From Prochlorococcus marinus str. MIT 9201 (GTDB lineage Bacteria; Cyanobacteriota; Cyanobacteriia; PCC-6307; Cyanobiaceae), in NCBI RefSeq assembly GCF_047305125.1, contig NZ_CP138977.1: a stretch of 24,000 nt of DNA; one strand, written 5' to 3'. Under the pieces are notes generated by a model. That model searched no databases. It had not been told where the DNA came from and saw only the letters and a list, made by a program, of their open reading frames with translations. Position numbers and translations under genes: made by a program. Positions 14,443-21,233 of the stretch are shown piece by piece; the first letter of the stretch is position 1, and every line of letters begins with the position of its first letter.

Positions 14443-14832
14443 TTAAAGTCTGCTGTAGCCTAATTTTGACTGAAAAACTTTAAAGGAAACACCTGTTCCT
14501 TTCATTACTTCGAGACATTTATCCCCAACTGTTCCATATACTTCAACAGTAAAATCATCAGCAAGTTTTGGATGCTCTTTTAAATATTCACCTATTGCTG
14601 GATTGGCCAAGTGAGCGATAAAAGCATCATCATTTTTATAAGCCTCAGACCACACAAAGTTCAGAGGATTTTCTGGATCCTGATCAAAAGTATGATGTAA
14701 CATTCCTGGCTCAACAGCCTTAACGGCTTTATCTGTTTTATCTGCAAGTTCTAAATACTCAGAAACTTTATTTTCTTTTACTGTGATTTTTGCTAAAAGA
14801 ATAAAAGGGGTATCTGCTCCGAAATTTGTCAT
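14443..14832 (-). CDS. ABM-domain (antibiotic biosynthesis monooxygenase-like, dimeric alpha/beta barrel) protein
   Basis: 129 aa. ...MLHHTFDQDPENPLNFVWSEAYKNDDAFIAHLANPAIGEYL fits the ABM pattern (H..D....f.f.E.y.d..A...H). Confidence 0.7.
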   Translation of the reverse strand: MTNFGADTPFILLAKITVKENKVSEYLELADKTDKAVKAVEPGMLHHTFDQDPENPLNFVWSEAYKNDDAFIAHLANPAIGEYLKEHPKLADDFTVEVYGTVGDKCLEVMKGTGVSFKVFQSKLGYSRL

Positions 14833-14871
14833 GAATAAAAATAGTTTTAATTATATTATTAATTTTTTAAT

Positions 14872-14914
14872 AAAAAAGAGGGTTTTATCCCTCTATGTTA
14901 GATCTACTGTCAAT
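14872..14914 (-). promoter_or_regulatory. Composite junction element copy 9
   Basis: Minus strand: ATTGACAGTAGATCTAACATAGAGGGATAAAACCCTCTTTTTT. Two mismatches relative to copy 1. It lies upstream of 14443..14832. Confidence 0.6.
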
Positions 14915-15135
14915 TATTAAAAATACCTCCTACGAGGTCTTCTAAAAAAATTGTCATTTTTAATGAAATTTGCTTTTATGAGTGAAGAGTTATTTTTATT
15001 ATGCAAATCTCATTTTTTGCAAAAGTAGTTTTTTTTAAATCTTTATTGTATTTCTGATTTATCAATCAAAAATAATATTTTGAGAAAAGTAATGAATAGA
15101 GCTAACAGAGCTAAAATTTTTAAACTTCCCAATTA

Positions 15136-15249
15136 ATGGAATTTTTAACTAATTTCTGGAATAATCAACCCAATACAGTTATTGGAATAGGTGTGGCAAT
15201 ATTTGTGTTATTAGGGATTTATATATCTTTACTCCAGACATACCAATAA
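15136..15249 (+). CDS. Small membrane peptide, 37 aa (MEFLTNFWNNQPNTVIGIGVAIFVLLGIYISLLQTYQ)
   Basis: Manual translation. Paralogue of 9357..9470. Confidence 0.6.
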   Translation: MEFLTNFWNNQPNTVIGIGVAIFVLLGIYISLLQTYQ

Positions 15250-15250
15250 G

Positions 15251-15568
15251 TTAGTTAATTATCTTTTTAATTTTTTCTAGATTCCATTTATCAAATATTA
15301 ATTTCATTTCTCTTTCGTAGTATCTTACTTTCTTAGCAAAAGGAAGTTGTTGAATAATTATCCCAAAGGGAAATTTAAAGAAAGAAGAGACATAAACAAT
15401 ATAAAACTCGACAAATGAAGGCTTTGGTGGGAGAGGTAAATTTTTTATATATGCCCAATCAATGCAGGGTTTTAGTTGCTTATCACTAGCGATAATATTT
15501 TTTTTACATCTCCACCAAGAGAATAGATAAATGCAAATAAAAATCGGTAACGGAAGAAGTCGCAACAT
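15251..15568 (-). CDS. Hypothetical membrane protein (105 aa)
   Basis: ORF track; no family recognised. Confidence 0.45.
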   Translation of the reverse strand: MLRLLPLPIFICIYLFSWWRCKKNIIASDKQLKPCIDWAYIKNLPLPPKPSFVEFYIVYVSSFFKFPFGIIIQQLPFAKKVRYYEREMKLIFDKWNLEKIKKIIN

Positions 15569-15598
15569 TAATTAAAAAGTTATTTCTTCAAGAGTTAT

Positions 15599-15796
15599 TT
15601 ATTCAGGATAAACAAACATCATACCTATCCCTGATATTTCTTTATCTTTTTTAAGAGAAAATTTTTTATTAGAATTCACGTAACCTGCATAATCTCGGGC
15701 ATCTGAAATTTTTTTATGTAATTCATCAGATATTCCAGCATGAACTGAAGTAGATAAAGTAAGTGCAGATATTGGTGGGAATAGCGGTCTTTTCAT
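15599..15796 (-). CDS. Hypothetical small secreted protein (65 aa)
   Basis: ORF track. Signal-like N-terminus. It starts 4 nt after the stop of 15800..16105. Confidence 0.4.
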   Translation of the reverse strand: MKRPLFPPISALTLSTSVHAGISDELHKKISDARDYAGYVNSNKKFSLKKDKEISGIGMMFVYPE

Positions 15797-15799
15797 TTG

Positions 15800-16105
15800 T
15801 TAATCACAACAATCGTCCTTTGTTAATGAAGCGGTCCAAGAGGTTTCCTCCATTGTTGACAAGTCAACTCTATGAGTTGCCATCCAGTCACCATTGGCTT
15901 CCACAAACTTTTGAACATTGCCTTCTGGAGCTTGATGAATAACAATTATTTTTTGAGGATCTTCCTTGCTTACTCCTCTGAAAAGTGGCTTAATATCAAA
16001 TTCTGAATGCCTTTTATCTGCTTCCGCACTATCAAATATTGCAGCCCATTCATCGAAAGTGCTTTCAATTTTAAAAGTAAACACGGAGGTAACTGAACAA
16101 GACAT
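15800..16105 (-). CDS. Small soluble protein (101 aa); paralogue of 19500..19778
   Basis: The track ORF 15800..16147 is trimmed to ATG 16103-16105 because the 5' extension reads through element copy 10. MSCSVTSVFTFKIESTFDEWAAIFDS aligns with MSIETTVFTFKISVPFEEWAAVYDS. Confidence 0.65.
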   Translation of the reverse strand: MSCSVTSVFTFKIESTFDEWAAIFDSAEADKRHSEFDIKPLFRGVSKEDPQKIIVIHQAPEGNVQKFVEANGDWMATHRVDLSTMEETSWTASLTKDDCCD

Positions 16106-16148
16106 AAAAAAGGAGCTAATTGCCTCTAATTGTAGATCGACTGTCAAT
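16106..16148 (-). promoter_or_regulatory. Composite junction element copy 10 (chimeric hairpin arms)
   Basis: Minus strand: ATTGACAGTCGATCTACAATTAGAGGCAATTAGCTCCTTTTTTATG. The 5' arm is of the AGAGG type and the 3' arm of the GCTCCT type. Confidence 0.6.
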
Positions 16149-16162
16149 CAGATGAATATTAT

Positions 16163-17107
16163 TTAAGATGCCCAATCGCAAGGTTTAGAGTATTTTTTAT
16201 AAATTTCAGCATGACCCTCTTGAACTAGCAGTTGTTGAAGATTCTCTCCATTAAGACTTAATTCACCTACGGTCCTTCCATACTTATCCTCAGTCACCCT
16301 ACGAATTGATACTTTCTCGCCCTTAATCATTTCATTTAAGAAATTTTTTGCCGCTATTGCCTCATTTGGCTTTGCTCTTTTCCCTTTTATTTCGGGAGTA
16401 TCGATACAAGCTAATCTTATTTTTTCGCCTTCACTTGAAGTACAGGTATCTCCGTCATAACAATCTTTGATTATAATTTCTCCATTCTCCGGTCTATTTG
16501 ATTTTCTACCAAGAGCTTCGCAGGCTTCCCCATCATTATCTCTATCAAGATAAGCGTGTCCTGCTTGGAGAAACTTTTGAGCTTCTGACCAATCACCAAT
16601 GTCTCCACATCTTTGTTTCTCTCTTTCTGATAAGGGGACTTTCTTACATTCTGGAAAGTCAGAAGCTTCAGACCCTTCATAAATACATGATATTTCACCA
16701 CTAGTGAAGTTATAGAAAAAAGAGGGTTGTTTTTTTAAATCTTCAGGAATTATTGATACAAGTGAAAAATTCTCATTACCAATACAGTTATTGCTTTCCT
16801 CATTATCAAATTCATAACCAATTAACTTTGAAGGGGTGAATGTTAACTCTCTTCCCAGAGAATTATTACTTTCGCACTCGATTTTTATATTTAAGATTGA
16901 ATTTGCAGCTATTACTTTCTCTGCTTTTTGGATAACTTCAAGAAATCTAGGTAAAGCAATAATTCCAAGGATTGAACATACTCCAATAACAGTTATCAAC
17001 TCAATTGAGCTAAAACCTACGTTTGATTTAGTTAATTTTTTAAATAAATACAACAAAAAAGGAATTTTTCTTATTAGTTTAAATCTGCTTTCAATTAAAT
17101 TAATCAT
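16163..17107 (-). CDS. Pilin-like N-terminus + Excalibur Ca-binding domain + staphylococcal-nuclease (SNase/thermonuclease) domain
   Basis: SNVG|FSSIELITVIGVCSILGIIALP gives the G/FxxxE motif plus a hydrophobic helix. CGDIGDWSEAQKFLQAGHAYLDRDNDGEACEAL is Excalibur-like. DGDT...IRLACIDTPE...EDKYGRTVGEL...LVQEGHAEIY matches the SNase motifs DGDT, RL.giDtPE and DkYGR. The true start may be an internal TTG giving a shorter leader. Confidence 0.8.
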   Translation of the reverse strand: MINLIESRFKLIRKIPFLLYLFKKLTKSNVGFSSIELITVIGVCSILGIIALPRFLEVIQKAEKVIAANSILNIKIECESNNSLGRELTFTPSKLIGYEFDNEESNNCIGNENFSLVSIIPEDLKKQPSFFYNFTSGEISCIYEGSEASDFPECKKVPLSEREKQRCGDIGDWSEAQKFLQAGHAYLDRDNDGEACEALGRKSNRPENGEIIIKDCYDGDTCTSSEGEKIRLACIDTPEIKGKRAKPNEAIAAKNFLNEMIKGEKVSIRRVTEDKYGRTVGELSLNGENLQQLLVQEGHAEIYKKYSKPCDWAS

Positions 17108-17160
17108 ATTGTTAAAACTAGTAAGAGTTTTTCTATAATTTCGCGGCTTAACCCCAAAGA

Positions 17161-17883
17161 CTAGTCAAATGTTTTTGAAGAGTTTTCTAGTAATAAATTT
17201 AGTTCTAAAAGTTCTTTTTTAGTAAATTCACGATATTTTCCTATTGGTACGTCTAATTTAATATTCATAATTCTTACACGCTTTAATGAAAGTACTCTGT
17301 AGCCTAATGACTGACACATTCTCCTAATCTGACGATTAAGTCCTTGCGTGAGTATGATCTTGAATTTTTTTGGTCCCAACTTTTCTACAAAACAATTCCT
17401 AGTTATGGTGTCTAATATTTCAACTCCATTACTCATCCTTTTAATAAACTCTCTACTAATCAAACGATTAACACTTACAATATATTCTTTTTCATGATTA
17501 TTTCTTGCTCTTAGTATTTTATTCACGATATTTCCATCATTAGTTAAAAAAATTAAACCCTCGCTGGGCTTATCCAATCTTCCAATAGGAAAAATTCTTT
17601 TAGGATATTTAATGAAATCTATAACATTATTGGGTTCTACTCTTGTATCAGTTGTGCAAACAATTCCAACAGGTTTATTAAAGGCTAAGTATATATTTTT
17701 TTGTTTTGATAATTTTTCTATTCTTTGACCTTTGACTTCTACTTGGTCATCTTCATCTACCTTGGCTCCAATCTTTGATATTTCCCCATTAATAGTAACT
17801 TTTCCTTCTTTAACTAATCTATCTGCAACTCTTCTAGAACAATAACCAACTTCGCTTAAATATTTATTTATCCTGGTAGCCAT
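17161..17883 (-). CDS. Pseudouridine synthase, RsuA/RluB/RluF family, with an N-terminal S4 domain
   Basis: RINKYLSEVGYCSRRVADRLVKEGKVTINGE is the S4 domain, and PIGRLDKPSEGLIFLTNDG carries the catalytic Asp motif. Confidence 0.9.
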   Translation of the reverse strand: MATRINKYLSEVGYCSRRVADRLVKEGKVTINGEISKIGAKVDEDDQVEVKGQRIEKLSKQKNIYLAFNKPVGIVCTTDTRVEPNNVIDFIKYPKRIFPIGRLDKPSEGLIFLTNDGNIVNKILRARNNHEKEYIVSVNRLISREFIKRMSNGVEILDTITRNCFVEKLGPKKFKIILTQGLNRQIRRMCQSLGYRVLSLKRVRIMNIKLDVPIGKYREFTKKELLELNLLLENSSKTFD

Positions 17884-17924
17884 ATTGGGTATTTCTTTTT
17901 ATCTCCCTAAATTATTTAATTAAT

Positions 17925-17953
17925 TACTTCTTATTTTAGATCAGCTGTCAAAC
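17925..17953 (-). promoter_or_regulatory. Composite junction element copy 11 (block + TAAAAT; hairpin decayed)
   Basis: Minus strand: GTTTGACAGCTGATCTAAAATAAGAAGTAATTAATT. It lies ~45 nt upstream of the pseudouridine synthase ATG. Confidence 0.5.
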
Positions 17954-18016
17954 TAAGTGAATATTAAAGACATTAGATTTAGATTAATATTAACCAGGGA
18001 TTTTTGGAGAGCGCAC

Positions 18017-18274
18017 CTAACTCTCTTTTTTTTTCCAAACTTCTTCAATTTTAGTCCATCCTTGGGAAAGTAATCTTTCATAAATTTCTCTTGCCAAATC
18101 TATATCTACTGAAACTGTATTTGTCATTACAGGTGGTTCTTTTCCGGATATGTCCAATATTTTTCCAGTATCCACAAACATATACTCGAAGACACCACTT
18201 ATACTCTTATCGTTTCTCATAAATCTCTTCACTTCTGTTCTGTTTGAATTAATCAACCAGTAAGATTTAGACAT
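18017..18274 (-). CDS. Hypothetical 85-aa protein (paralogue of 9538..9795)
   Basis: ORF track. See 9538..9795. It lies 32 nt downstream of the SRAP gene on the same strand. Confidence 0.6.
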   Translation of the reverse strand: MSKSYWLINSNRTEVKRFMRNDKSISGVFEYMFVDTGKILDISGKEPPVMTNTVSVDIDLAREIYERLLSQGWTKIEEVWKKKES

Positions 18275-18306
18275 TAATTAGGGGATAGAGTTAGTATGCA
18301 TTCAAT

Positions 18307-18945
18307 TTAAAACAAACTCATTTGATTAGTTTCTTTTTTGTTAATATTTTCTACTAACCATCCATCAGGTGACCAACCCATCATAATTGGAAGTAAACCA
18401 TTTAATTCAACAGTATCTTTAACCTGCTCAGTCCATTGCTCCTCTAAACCATTGGGAACAACAACAGGCATGCGATGATGAAAAGGTTTAATTAATTCAT
18501 TTGGTTCAGTTGTTAAGATACAGCAACTCTCTAACTCAGCGCCATCTGGAGAGGTCCACTTGCTCCAGATTCCTCCTAACCAAAACGTTTCATAATTCTC
18601 TTTTCGAATACGATATTTTTTTTCAAAAAACCCACTTGCTGGTATTAAACACCTTTTATATTTCCAACTTCCACTAAATAATCTTTTTTCTTCTATGCTT
18701 TCTGATCTTGCATTAAATGGTCTTGGCCTTTTTTTGTCAAATGGGTCGTAAGTCCAAGGTGAAATAAACCCCCATGACATGAAAGTAGTCTTAATTCTTC
18801 CTTCGTTTTTGACTACAAGTACAGGATCAGTTGGTCTTATTAAATTTTGAATATCATATCTAGTTTGAAGTCCCTTTGGATAATCTTGTTTCAGAATCTT
18901 TGGTAAATCATCAAACTTGGTTTTCAGCTCAAATCTTCCACACAT
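18307..18945 (-). CDS. SOS-response-associated peptidase (SRAP / YedK / DUF159) family protein
   Basis: The N-terminal MCGRF (catalytic Cys2) is the family hallmark, and the 212-aa length is typical. Confidence 0.9.
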   Translation of the reverse strand: MCGRFELKTKFDDLPKILKQDYPKGLQTRYDIQNLIRPTDPVLVVKNEGRIKTTFMSWGFISPWTYDPFDKKRPRPFNARSESIEEKRLFSGSWKYKRCLIPASGFFEKKYRIRKENYETFWLGGIWSKWTSPDGAELESCCILTTEPNELIKPFHHRMPVVVPNGLEEQWTEQVKDTVELNGLLPIMMGWSPDGWLVENINKKETNQMSLF

Positions 18946-18976
18946 TTATTTTTTAAAATCTTTTTAAAAACTCTTT

Positions 18977-19018
18977 AAAAATCGAGCTAATTATTCCTAT
19001 TTTAGATTGATTGTCAAT
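18977..19018 (-). promoter_or_regulatory. Composite junction element copy 12 (decayed hairpin)
   Basis: Minus strand: ATTGACAATCAATCTAAAATAGGAATAATTAGCTCGATTTTT. This is clearly a decayed AGGAGCAATTAGCTCCT-type copy. It lies upstream of the SRAP gene. Confidence 0.55.
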
Positions 19019-19144
19019 ATTCAATAATTAAAAAATATAAATCCTTTTTGATGGTCATAAAAGGGTCTTCATTTAATAGTTAAGAGAACATGTAGATATT
19101 GAAAAGTTTTCTCAAATTTTATTTCAATCTTACACAATTAATCT

Positions 19145-19294
19145 ATGACAGATCCTATCTTTTATTTATCAATGTTCCTTGGGCTGGGAGGAGTATATGT
19201 TTTAATATCTTCTTTCAATGATGATGATGATGATAGCGATGATGATGGAGAAAGAGATATTTATAATTTTGAATTAGCAAGCTTAGCCAAGTAA
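19145..19294 (+). CDS. Possible small protein, 49 aa, with a TM segment and poly-Asp tract (MTDPIFYLSMFLGLGGVYVLISSFNDDDDDSDDDGERDIYNFELASLAK)
   Basis: Manual translation; ATG start. Confidence 0.35.
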   Translation: MTDPIFYLSMFLGLGGVYVLISSFNDDDDDSDDDGERDIYNFELASLAK

Positions 19295-19350
19295 TTTACG
19301 AGATAGCAAAACTATAACAGGAATTAGTAAGACAAGTATTCTTCTCATTT

Positions 19351-19390
19351 TCAACTATTTTCAACTATTTTCTACTATTTTCTACTATTT
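19351..19390. repeat. 10-bp tandem repeat x4 (tcaactattt x2, tctactattt x2)
   Basis: Read directly from the sequence. It overlaps the 3' end of the small ORF 19365..19454. Confidence 0.9.
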
Positions 19391-19454
19391 TTAAAAATAA
19401 GTTTGTGTAGTTTGCAAAAACTAATAAAAGCAAGAGAAATGTATTAATTGTCAT
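19365..19454 (-). CDS. Possible small hydrophobic peptide, 29 aa (MTINTFLLLLLVFANYTNLFLKIVENSRK)
   Basis: Manual translation. DNA-level similarity to 7385..7516 (shared tttaaaaataagtttgt and aactaataa.agcaa). Confidence 0.3.
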   Translation of the reverse strand: MTINTFLLLLLVFANYTNLFLKIVENSRK

Positions 19455-19499
19455 TTTAAGAGGAGAGTGTTGCACCCTCTAATGTAGATCGACAATCAA
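19455..19499 (-). promoter_or_regulatory. Composite junction element copy 13 (TTGATT variant)
   Basis: Minus strand: ATTGATTGTCGATCTACATTAGAGGGTGCAACACTCTCCTCT. It begins directly at the TAA stop of 19500..19778. Confidence 0.5.
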
Positions 19500-19778
19500 T
19501 TAAAAGTAGCTCGATATAACAGTTGAATCATAAATATGACCAGCTCCCTCAATTAATGGTTTAACTGCTGGATCTTCAAACATAGCAATTGATTTACCTT
19601 CCTCACCCTGCTCAATAAGAATTACACTAGTTGGATCATCTTTCTTTACACCTTTGTATAAGCAAATAATTCCACGTTCTTTATTCATTTGTATATTTTC
19701 TTCACTGTCATAAACCGCAGCCCATTCTTCAAAAGGGACACTAATTTTGAAAGTAAAAACAGTAGTTTCAATTGACAT
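19500..19778 (-). CDS. Small soluble protein (92 aa); paralogue of 15800..16105
   Basis: ORF track. N-terminal alignment with 15800..16105. Confidence 0.65.
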   Translation of the reverse strand: MSIETTVFTFKISVPFEEWAAVYDSEENIQMNKERGIICLYKGVKKDDPTSVILIEQGEEGKSIAMFEDPAVKPLIEGAGHIYDSTVISSYF

Positions 19779-19972
19779 AAAAAAACACTAATTAATTTTA
19801 ATTTTATATCTCCTCACCAATATTTCTACTTAAATTATTATCAAAAGAAGGTACTTGGTCGTAAGGGTGATTTTAAAGAGGATTTATCATCCAGAAATAA
19901 CAATAATAATTTTCGGAGATATTCAATAAAGAACATCAAACCCTCTACTATAATTTCCTTTTGATTAATTAC

Positions 19973-21126
19973 TTTTTAGTGTTTTGGTAACAATCGCTAG
20001 ATTTTATGTCTCAAATTATGTTAACTTCTTAAAAATTTAAAAATAAGTGAAATTACCTAAAGCCCTCTCTCTTATTCCCTTAGCTTTTGGTTCTATTCTG
20101 TCTGTTTCTGCCCAAGAATATAAATTTGATAATATCAAATTTGATCAGGTTGAAGACTCTCAGAATACATATCAACCAAAAGATAAATTAGATGAATACA
20201 TAATTAAAGGAGCAACTTACTCTACAAAATTTGTTCCTTTAATGAACGATGGCTCTGACGGAAGTGATTACACAAACATGATGAGCAAAGATGCCAAGAG
20301 ATTATTAGTTGATAAGGGATTTAATTTTGTTAATTCCACCGCTAATAGTCAAATCCAGAAAATTCCATTCTTTGCTCAAACAACAGTTAATTTCTCTGGC
20401 GGAACAGAATCAGATACCAGTTTCTCAGTTAATAGCTTGATGAAACTTGGAGAACTTGCAAAAGATGACGAAGGCGATCTTAAAACACTCGTCTTCTCTC
20501 AAGCAAGATTTGCAACTGCAACAGATGCAGAAGGCTCCACAGTTAACTTAGGTTTAGGTATTAGAAATCGTCCTGACGATGTATCGATGGTTGGAGGTAA
20601 CGTTTTCTTAGACTACAGAATGACAGACTACAGCGATGCTCATAGCAGACTTGGTCTTGGTGGAGAATATTTTTGGAAAGATTTTGAATTTAGAAATAAC
20701 TGGTATATGGCAATTACTGATGAAAAAGATGTAACTATTGATGGGAGTTCTTTTGTAGAAAGAGTAGTACCTGGATGGGATCTAGAAGTTGGCTACAGAT
20801 TACCAAGCAATCCAGAACTTGCTTTCTTTGTTAGAGGTTTTAATTGGGACTATAAATATACTCAAGACAACTCAGGTTTAGAAGGTGCAGTTAGCTGGCA
20901 AGCAACTCCTCATGTTGGTTTAGAAGCTTTTGTTTCTAATGAAATTTCTGCTGCATCTACAACTGCTAATACTGACCTACCAGGAACAGATGAAACTTTC
21001 TTTGGTTTAAGAATGAACATTACTGGTAATCCTGTGAAGTTTGAGAAATCAAATTATAAGAAGAACATGATTACTCAAATGACTCAGCCTGTAAAACGTA
21101 AATATGATGTTTTACTTGAAAGAGCT
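19973..21126 (+). repeat. 1154-bp direct repeat, copy 1 (offset 2184 bp to copy 2)
   Basis: Side-by-side reading found only two mismatches (19981 g/a and 20259 c/t). Identity ends abruptly after ...gaaagagct. Confidence 0.85.
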
Positions 21127-21177
21127 GCTACAGATGGCAGTGGAGTTGCTTTCCAAAATAGAGCTAAAGGGGTATAA
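20047..21177 (+). CDS. Inverse-autotransporter (intimin/invasin-type) beta-barrel domain protein with no passenger, copy 1
   Basis: GTG start immediately after an in-frame TAA gives the signal peptide (M)KLPKALSLIPLAFGSILSVSA|QE. LVFSQARFATATDAEGSTVNLGLGIRNR...GGNVFLDYRM..SDAHSRLGLGGEYFWKDFEFRNNWYM...ERVVPGWDLEVGYRLPSNPELAFFVRGFNWDY...RKYDVLLER parallels the intimin/invasin beta-domain (NlGlG.R, N.F.DY....h.RlG.G.EYWrDylk.saNgY, ERpanGwD....gYLP..PqL, RydLveR). Confidence 0.8.
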   Translation: MKLPKALSLIPLAFGSILSVSAQEYKFDNIKFDQVEDSQNTYQPKDKLDEYIIKGATYSTKFVPLMNDGSDGSDYTNMMSKDAKRLLVDKGFNFVNSTANSQIQKIPFFAQTTVNFSGGTESDTSFSVNSLMKLGELAKDDEGDLKTLVFSQARFATATDAEGSTVNLGLGIRNRPDDVSMVGGNVFLDYRMTDYSDAHSRLGLGGEYFWKDFEFRNNWYMAITDEKDVTIDGSSFVERVVPGWDLEVGYRLPSNPELAFFVRGFNWDYKYTQDNSGLEGAVSWQATPHVGLEAFVSNEISAASTTANTDLPGTDETFFGLRMNITGNPVKFEKSNYKKNMITQMTQPVKRKYDVLLERAATDGSGVAFQNRAKGV

Positions 21178-21233
21178 ATATGGACCTGCATGAATATTCA
21201 AATTTTAATTTTTTCAAAACTTCAATTAAAAAA

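Noticed and set aside
15966-17138. Track ORFs 15966..16166 (+), 16471..16701 (-), 16498..16704 (+) and 16836..17138 (+)
   Set aside because: All are nested in, or antisense to, 15800..16105 or the pilin-Excalibur-SNase gene. That gene's frame carries strong domain signatures.
5659-19499. CRISPR array interpretation of the 13 repeated elements
   Set aside because: Spacing is irregular (about 160 bp to 5.5 kb), and the intervals contain ORFs. The repeats have variable hairpin types, and no cas genes are present.
5659-19499. Integron cassette array (attC sites) interpretation
   Set aside because: The same-orientation small ORFs separated by a repeat are superficially similar. However, the element lacks the inverted R''/R' core sites (RYYYAAC...GTTRRRY), is much shorter than typical attC, and no intI-type integrase is present in the window.
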